Assembly: GCF_000195855.1 (NCBI RefSeq)
Contig: NC_002677.1
Span: forward strand, 3,150,001-3,182,000
DNA: 32,000 nt
Reading direction: 5' to 3'
From: Mycobacterium leprae TN
Lineage (GTDB): Bacteria > Actinomycetota > Actinomycetes > Mycobacteriales > Mycobacteriaceae
Both the position numbers and the translations under genes were made by a program. Below the pieces are notes generated by a model. That model did not search any database, was not told where the DNA came from, and saw only the letters and a list, made by a program, of their open reading frames with translations. Shown here one piece after another: positions 23,980 through 32,000 of this stretch; positions within the stretch are counted from its first letter, which is position 1, and every line of letters begins with the position of its first letter.

Positions 23980-24070
23980 TAACCATGCCAGTCGCCGAAT
24001 TCTATGCGATTGTGGCCAATCACCAGCGCCACCACGAATTGGATGGTCCTGGAACGGTAGGTGACAGCAT
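23980..24070 (+). pseudogene. Possible SRPBCC-family (polyketide cyclase-like) N-terminal remnant
   Basis: MPVAEFYAIVANHQRHHELDGPGTVGDSI* resembles the xxVFAVVADHxRHxExDGSGTV motif of mycobacterial SRPBCC proteins. Confidence 0.4.
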
Positions 24071-24844
24071 TTAAAATGGAAGTAGAAGCAAAATTAATTG
24101 CAGGATCGAAAGACCAAAATGAAAAATGCATAGTATTCCCTACCGAATCACCAGTACGGTTACCACTCCCAAACCAAACGAATTTAGTAAATTAGCAAAG
24201 GGGTGCCATTCTGTAGGCCACAGTTAGCGGCTGGAATTTTGAGTTGTTATCGCTGATATTACCCCGGGTAACCAAAATATTCGGCGATCATGATGAGCAG
24301 TGAACTCGAAAACCGATTAAAGTACCTATCAGTATATTAGGTACCCGGAAGGTCAACCCGGTGAGTATCGCGGCTACACTGGGAAAATTTCGTGATCGCT
24401 ACGCTAGACCGTAGCTAATGTGTCTACCAATCGGCTTCGAACAGGCCCCCACTGCGGTAGAGCCGGACCATCGTGGCGTCCGTAATCGGTGTGGCTCCGC
24501 AAGAACACTCTGATGCCCGCCACTCCTTATGGGAAGCATGTCGTGGTCAGACAGAGCTGTGTAGAGCTCTGGCTCGAAAGGGGGAACATGGCGAAATATC
24601 CTTGCTGTCAATGGTGCCGGATGTCATACAACAACGTATCCGTTTTGGAGTGACCAAGGGATTGGCGGGTCGGGTATTCCTGGGCAGGGTCATATGTAGC
24701 GATCTTTCCTTAATAGTGATTGTTCCACAAAAATTCGGACAATGCATCGGATATTGCGGGGAGGTGTTCGAGACGGACATACTGTGCGATGTGGTCGACG
24801 GCGAACTAAGTTGCCGAGACCCCCGCGGACACCCGGCCCTGTCC

Positions 24845-25000
24845 ATGGGCCGGATTCTCGCCACAGCTCTACGAATTGCTGGAAGAACAGGAGTTTATTC
24901 ACTGTCGATGCAATCGCTGACCCAGCTCCTGGATTCGGACACTGCTACACTTTATCGATCGTCACTTCGCGACACGATCGAAATTTGGTCGCGATAGTGG
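24845..25000 (+). pseudogene. TetR-type HTH remnant
   Basis: MGRILATALRIAGRTGVYSLSMQSLTQLLDSDTATLYR matches the RILDAALELaxxxGxxxLTMRxLAxxLxxxxxxLYRH consensus, and the frame is lost right after LYR. Confidence 0.6.
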
Positions 25001-25400
25001 GTCGACTCCATGCCTGAAAAAGTTAACCTTCGATGCTCAAAAGGTCGTCGAATTGCCCTGGTAACATACCTGCATCTTAATTGTACAAAATGTGTTCGAC
25101 GCGCACAGTCGGCACCCTGCTGATCGAATATGCCCTCTTACCAGGCCCAACGCGCTGGGCGACCGAGAGATGTGTCTGTCGGGTCGGCTCGACAACGAAT
25201 TTCCACCGGTGGCGGTTAGTTGCGCCTAAACCGCACTGGACAGCTATGTGCTCGGCTGCGCGATGCAATTTTCCGGGGTGGCACCGGCAGAAAAAAGACG
25301 CAGAACTATCGGCGACCTTACAGCAGCTGAATCCTTTTCAGCTATCCTGCTAAGGTCGCTGTTGCCAATGGCCTCCCGGTTCCATTAGAGTAAGAATTCG

Positions 25401-25436
25401 TATTCGGTATTGCATATTTATTCGGTATTGCATATT
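25401..25436. repeat. 18-bp perfect tandem duplication (2 copies)
   Basis: tattcggtattgcatatt at 25401-25418 and 25419-25436. Confidence 0.9.
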
Positions 25437-26726
25437 ATTGTTGCCAGGCTAGAGTAATTTGGCACATAATCGCATGCCGAGAAGGCTGAGGTGTTAAAGT
25501 ACGATGTCCGTCGCGACTTCTCAGGGGGCGGCCTGTCGGCAATCGCGCACAAACCGGCAGCAGGATACGGTTGATGTCGGTTCTTTAGGTGCAACTCTGC
25601 GCGGGCGGCAATAAGATGCTGTTGGTCCTGAACAGCTTGAAAAATAACGTATCCGGCGTGGCGACGTGCAGGATCTGCTCACGCGGATCGACACGTCCAG
25701 GTGGCCGGCCTACCCGACGACACACTATTCGCAGCGCACGGAGACCGTGGGTACAGGTGAGTACGTGAGCGTGGCGTAAATTCTTCCGCGAATAGTCCGA
25801 TTACGAGAGACCACCCAGCAGGCCGATGTCATAGGGCCGTATAATAGACAAATTCCGACGGCTTGCCAGAGTTATCCGGCAATGTTGCACTACGCTCCTA
25901 TAACCATCGCCGCGGTCACATACGTCGACGAAATCCCCGTAGCCGACCGTCGCCCCCGGTGCTAGGTACGGGGCAAGCCGCGGCGCCTTGAGCCCACACC
26001 GCCGGCTTAGGTTCCGAAGGCCAGTGCTTCAGCAACAGGCGGTATCCTCGACGGTGGACACCAGACCCGGCCTGTGCACCGGACATGCTACTTACTGGCC
26101 AGACAACGAGGAACTCGCTGAACAGCTCAATGGCAACACCCGGCTGGGTAAAATGTGGCGGTGCTTGGGGTGCACAGAATTCACCCTCGATGAGCCACAC
26201 GGTCTCGATCATCGAGAAAACGCACCGATGATCATGCGCGGCAACGGCAAGGTGTTACGCCAGGACGTCACAAATCGTACGCCCGCTGTCGAACGCTTGT
26301 TTCGGAGTTGCTATCAGGCTAGCAGCGGATGCTATGTGGAAATTCTCTGAGCGCAGGGGGCTATCCAAGCCACTCTTGAACGCGACAGACCGATATTCTT
26401 CTGCGGCGAATTCAATGTCGACCCAACTACGACAATATATGAGGTCGATTGCGAGCTTGACACCGTTGATGTCATGGTGGTGGTATGTGGTGCGAATTAT
26501 TTGTGTTTGTGTCCACACGCAACAGTAGTCCTAACGCGATGTGGATCCTATATGGTGGCTGTCGACCGCAGAGGCAAGCCTGTCGACGTCATCCTGAGTA
26601 ATATATTAATTATAGTCGCCCAGTAGCTCTGTTCGATCGTCTCACCCACAGCGGCAGTAACGCTACGCTAATTGACTCGAAGATCCGCGTGTGTCTCTCT
26701 TCTGCTGGTGGGTAAATATAGAACTC

Positions 26727-27224
26727 ATGATGCTACTGCTGATTGCCGATACCCATGTGCCACAACGCGCACCCGACATGCCCGCACAGGTATGGGACGA
26801 GGTCGCAAAGGCTGATGTCGTAGTTCACGCCGGCGACTGGGTATCGCCCAAATTACTCGACGAGCTGGAATCCAGGGCTGCTCAGCTGGTCGCGTGCTGG
26901 GGAAATAACGACGGGCCCGAACTGCGGTCACGACTGCCGGAGCGAGCAAACGTGACATTAGCAGGCATGAATTTCACAGTTGTGCACGAGACCGGCGCAG
27001 CAGACGGCCGCGAAGCCCGGATGTCGCAACTGTATCCGGACAGCCAGGTCTTGGTGTTCGGACATAGTCACATACCATGTGATACCACGACGACGACCGG
27101 TTTGCGGCTGCTGAATCCTGGCTCGCCAACAGATCGTCGCCATCAAGCTTTTTGCAGCTACATGACCGCTAATGTCGACAACGGGGCATTAACGGACGTA
27201 GTCGTCCACCCGTTGGAAAAATAG
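26727..27224 (+). CDS. YfcE/MJ0936-type calcineurin-like metallophosphoesterase
   Basis: Intact ORF with metallophosphoesterase motifs: LLIADTHVPQRAP, VVVHAGDWV, ACWGNNDGPELRSRLPE, FTVVHETGAADG, VLVFGHSHIP, GLRLLNPGSPTDRR. The track ORF opens at 26691, and the adjacent MM codons about 36 nt in look like the better start. Confidence 0.88.
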   Translation: MMLLLIADTHVPQRAPDMPAQVWDEVAKADVVVHAGDWVSPKLLDELESRAAQLVACWGNNDGPELRSRLPERANVTLAGMNFTVVHETGAADGREARMSQLYPDSQVLVFGHSHIPCDTTTTTGLRLLNPGSPTDRRHQAFCSYMTANVDNGALTDVVVHPLEK

Positions 27225-27683
27225 CTAGTCTAGTATAGTAAAGCTTATTGTTAGAGTTCAATAATCTACCTGCCTAGGCGCCGAGCATCATCGCGTCCTT
27301 CGGTTGGTCTCACGGTAACCAGTTCGATACAGCGCGGCGCCCCGAGTCACAGTCTCAACTGCTACAAGCTTGTCGGCCAGCAGCCGAGGAACTCGGTCAG
27401 CTTGACCAACCACACCGCATCTAGCAGATCGCTAGTGATGACGATCGACGCGTGACATCGAACCTATCACTATGATCAGTTCAACGCCGTGAAGAAATCT
27501 GGGCTATGTACCGCAACAACTTTCTGTCCAACCCACGTTCGGCGTCAACTGTGTTGCGCCGTCTCGTTTCTTAGCTACCTAAATAGTGCATCCGCTATAT
27601 AATTTTCATAACTTTCGAAGACCGCAACATCGTCCCGATAGCCAATCGTGAGTTGGACGTAACGAAGCCGAGCTGACTCTTGA

Positions 27684-28814
<1,131 letters not shown>

Positions 28815-29389
28815 TACCATCTAACCCGCAAACCAAACAACAACCCGAGGCGCTAGGACAACAGAGCACGATGACAAGAGTGAAAGTAGGCACAGCCCAG
28901 TAGGCACCACGCACACGACAGCCGCAATCGCCGACATTTGGGATTCCGCGTAGGCGCACGCTGATGGCACTACCCGACACAAAGCTGGCGAACAACAAAA
29001 ATAGCCGCGACAGTCCGTCACTTTTCCACCGGCGATGTGACGTTCGATGCCCCATCTCATCTTGACCAGTGTGCCTGTCACATATCTAATTGGGATCGAC
29101 ACCTCACCATCTTTGACATCCGGTGTGGTCAGCATGCCCAGACCGAAAACCACAAGCAGAATTGGAGTGAAGTGAGTCGGATTTAATTACATCGGCCCAC
29201 GAGAATGTCGCACCCTGCCGCCACAGCAAGTCGCCTACACCAGCTCGGCATCGGCCTCACCTGCGACAGCCGTGCCTCGCTGTCGAAAACCTCACGAATC
29301 CTACATCCACGGTTTCAGATACGCCCAATGCTCACAATGCGCAACCGCACTGGCAAAGCGGAACGAACAGACCCAGTGAACAACCTAGG

Positions 29390-30290
29390 CAGCGGTGCGC
29401 CAGGCACTGGGCACCGTAGTAAGACTTGGCAACCATTCGGCCTGGAACCGAGTCTCATACCCAGCTTCATAGACCGCCTTGGCGAGCTAGTAGGCGACCA
29501 TTAAGTTGTGCCAAACTCAGCGATCGATCCCGACACGACCGCGTAGCCTTCACAAAACGCGGGGCGGCAAGCTGCTTTCAGCGGCGTGGTCCACGAGTGA
29601 CCTTTAAGCAGCGTAATCGAAAAAGAACAACAGGCCCGGTCACGTATCGCGTAACAGCGAATCTGGCACCCGTCCAACGGCTGGCCCGGCTCACCCTCGA
29701 AGTCAATCAACAGCCAGCTCTCCGGGGTACGCAGCACCTGTCCCAAATGCAGATCGCCATGTACCCGCTGAACAGTGACCTTCAAGTTCGCGAGCTTTTG
29801 GAATCGATCTTCGATCGGTGCCACGATACTGCCCGAGTTCCAGAACCGCCGTCAGAATCGTCGATGCCGTGTTCAGTCGGCCGCGGGGAAGGTGACCTGC
29901 ATCGTCCCCAAGCATTCGGCCAGGGTGCCGGAAAAGGCTATCGGCTACAGCAAGCATTGAGGTGTGGCAAGAGCTTATAAAGCGCATCAAAGCTCGCGCG
30001 ATCCTCGGTAGAGGCAGATAGTTGCTATGTTGCTGTACTCCGGTAGCCGGTGCGAAATCGCACCCCACTATCACCTGATAACGCTCTTATGAACCGTCAC
30101 TGTAGTTGGCGTTGCCAACATCAAGTCGAGGTCGTCTCGAAGCAAAGCTATTACCGCAAGATCAGCGGTGGAAAGCTCAGCGATTGCGTACGACGTACCA
30201 AAGTTGCTGTTCACACCTAAGCAACTTGGCTGGCAGAGTCATTGACGTTAATCAACACTAATTGTTTTGCTTTGCGACAAGTTATGGCTT
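29390..30290 (-). pseudogene. mak: Maltokinase pseudogene (decayed)
   Basis: Minus-strand [44 protein letters not shown], followed in other frames by [11 protein letters not shown] and AKAVYEAGYETRFQAEWLP. The N-terminal half is eroded, so the upstream boundary is approximate. Confidence 0.88.
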
Positions 30291-30319
30291 TCTCATCATA
30301 CACGGACAACTGGAACCAG

Positions 30320-31930
30320 TAGAACCCGTGCCTCAGCCAGAGTCAATAGATAGGGTTAGGTGGCCGGAACACGGAAACTCCACCTACCCGGTAAGCTGGA
30401 CCGGCGTGTAGCCGTTCCAATACGGCAGATTGAGTTCGATGAGTTGTGAGAACAGCGGCAAGCGATGAGTTGTGAGAACAGCGGCAAGTTGTTGACGCTC
30501 AGCACAGTGTCGCCATCACCAGCTGTTTTGCCTACAAAAGACGATACTGGCGAATGCGAACCGTGTAACTCCTGGAAAGCTTCAATGGCAACGTCATCAT
30601 GCTGTCGACGAACTGTCAGCATTATACTATGAATACTGGGGTGAAGTTGAGCACCGAGGCAGAACTTATAGCGTTACTTCTCCAACACTGACAACGTGGT
30701 AGCGGTAGACCGAATCTTGGCTGGATAGGCAGATAAAGCCGCTCCGGGTTAGCCTTAGATAATCGGGCATTGCGGACCAATGTCTTTCCTATAATTGAGT
30801 GGCATGCACTCCGTCGTGATCTCCCCAACCATCTCACGTCACTCTAGTACAGGACCGGCTAGCCGGGCAACAACAGTAGAGCGAGTAGAGCGGTGAACAG
30901 CTCGATTTGGTTACGGTCGCTATCCAGCAGTGGTGCCAGGCTGCGCCAGCTTCCGACATTCGCCTTCATCCGTGGCTCCTTGGCGTATTCGGCATACATG
31001 TAGTCGCGTTCTTCATCGGTGACCATTTCCAGTGGCAACTCGTCGTAGTTGCGCAGGAAAATCTCCCACTGAGCCATCTTTGGAACTGCCGGCGTCTGCG
31101 CCAGGATCTTCGAGATCGGGAACCACGACTACCCCAGCCGCGGCGACATGAAGATACGCGGCATCAGCTGGCAGTAAAACGCCATATGGCCATACGGCAT
31201 TAGTCACCACCGGCGGCGGGCATCACCGAACTACAAGACCAAATCGGACGGCCACTGATTAGCTTCTTAGCTTCGTCCAGCAGTACCTGTCCCAGGAATT
31301 TGTCGTCGTCGACCACTTTGCTACCGCGCTTAAGGAAAGCATGCTTCTCGGAAAAATTCTCGCAATTGGCACAAATCGAGCTCGAAGAGGTAGGGCACCA
31401 CTTCCAGCTGAACCCCGTCGATGAACATGACAAGTCAAAAGAGGAGAAAATCGATCCTCGCTTCTTGCACGTTCACATTGTCGTAGTTCAGATCCGGTTG
31501 GTGATAAAAGAAAGATATGCCAATAGCACTTGGTAGCGGACCGGGTCGAACGTCCAGTTAGACTCTTCGCTGTCGACAAAGATGATTCGAGCTTAGACGT
31601 ATTCGCAGAATGCGGGCAGCACCTTATATGAAATACCGTATATCGTAGCAGACATCATGCAGCGGGGAGTCATAGAACAGCAGAAGCCAGATGTAGTCGA
31701 TGCCGAGCTATTGCCGGTAATGCAAGCGGTCTATTGAGTCCCCGCAGATCGACCAGCACCGGCGGAACTAACGTAGTAGAACGCCCGGACCAATCCCTCG
31801 TAAAAGACAACTTGCTCGAATCAAGTCGAGTCTACAGTCGGTACAACAGCGTTACCGAAATCCTCGGCACTCGGATGCTCGACTACACCCCCTTCGACGT
31901 GACTGTCGCCGCAGGATGCTGCTCACCAGC
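30320..31930 (-). pseudogene. treS: Trehalose synthase pseudogene
   Basis: Minus-strand fragments [212 protein letters not shown]. Confidence 0.92.
30437..30488. repeat. 26-bp perfect tandem duplication inside treS remnant
   Basis: cgatgagttgtgagaacagcggcaag at 30437-30462 and 30463-30488. Confidence 0.95.
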
Positions 31931-32000
31931 CTCAACGAGATGGACTTCGTTGATCAATGAACCCACAATGCCACAGATACCCGAGGCAAGACACCCTGGG

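Overview
This window looks like a reductively evolved Mycobacterium genome of the M. leprae / M. lepromatosis type. About ten ORFs look intact, and they sit among heavily decayed pseudogenes and long non-coding stretches. The order is close to the reverse of the M. tuberculosis Rv0126-Rv0158 region, recalled from memory without a database search. Intact candidates are: pntB-pntAB-pntAA (minus, overlapping), an aldehyde dehydrogenase, an S-adenosylmethionine-dependent methyltransferase, msrA, a NodB-type polysaccharide deacetylase, a calcineurin-like metallophosphoesterase, and fbpC (antigen 85C). Pseudogenes recognisable by residual protein similarity are: a TetR regulator (Rv0158-like), fadE2, a quinone oxidoreductase, a short-chain dehydrogenase, a second SAM methyltransferase, a TetR regulator (Rv0144-like), a ClC channel, a PPM1/LCMT-type methyltransferase, cyp138, an alpha/beta-hydrolase-fold exported esterase, a TetR HTH remnant, mak (maltokinase) and treS. 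The best structural observations are a 26-bp perfect tandem duplication that breaks the treS frame (30437-30488), a perfect 16-bp inverted repeat with a 4-nt loop (12535-12570), and several other short perfect tandem duplications in decayed DNA. I found no CRISPR array, phage, toxin-antitoxin or defence system, and no convincing new multi-gene system.
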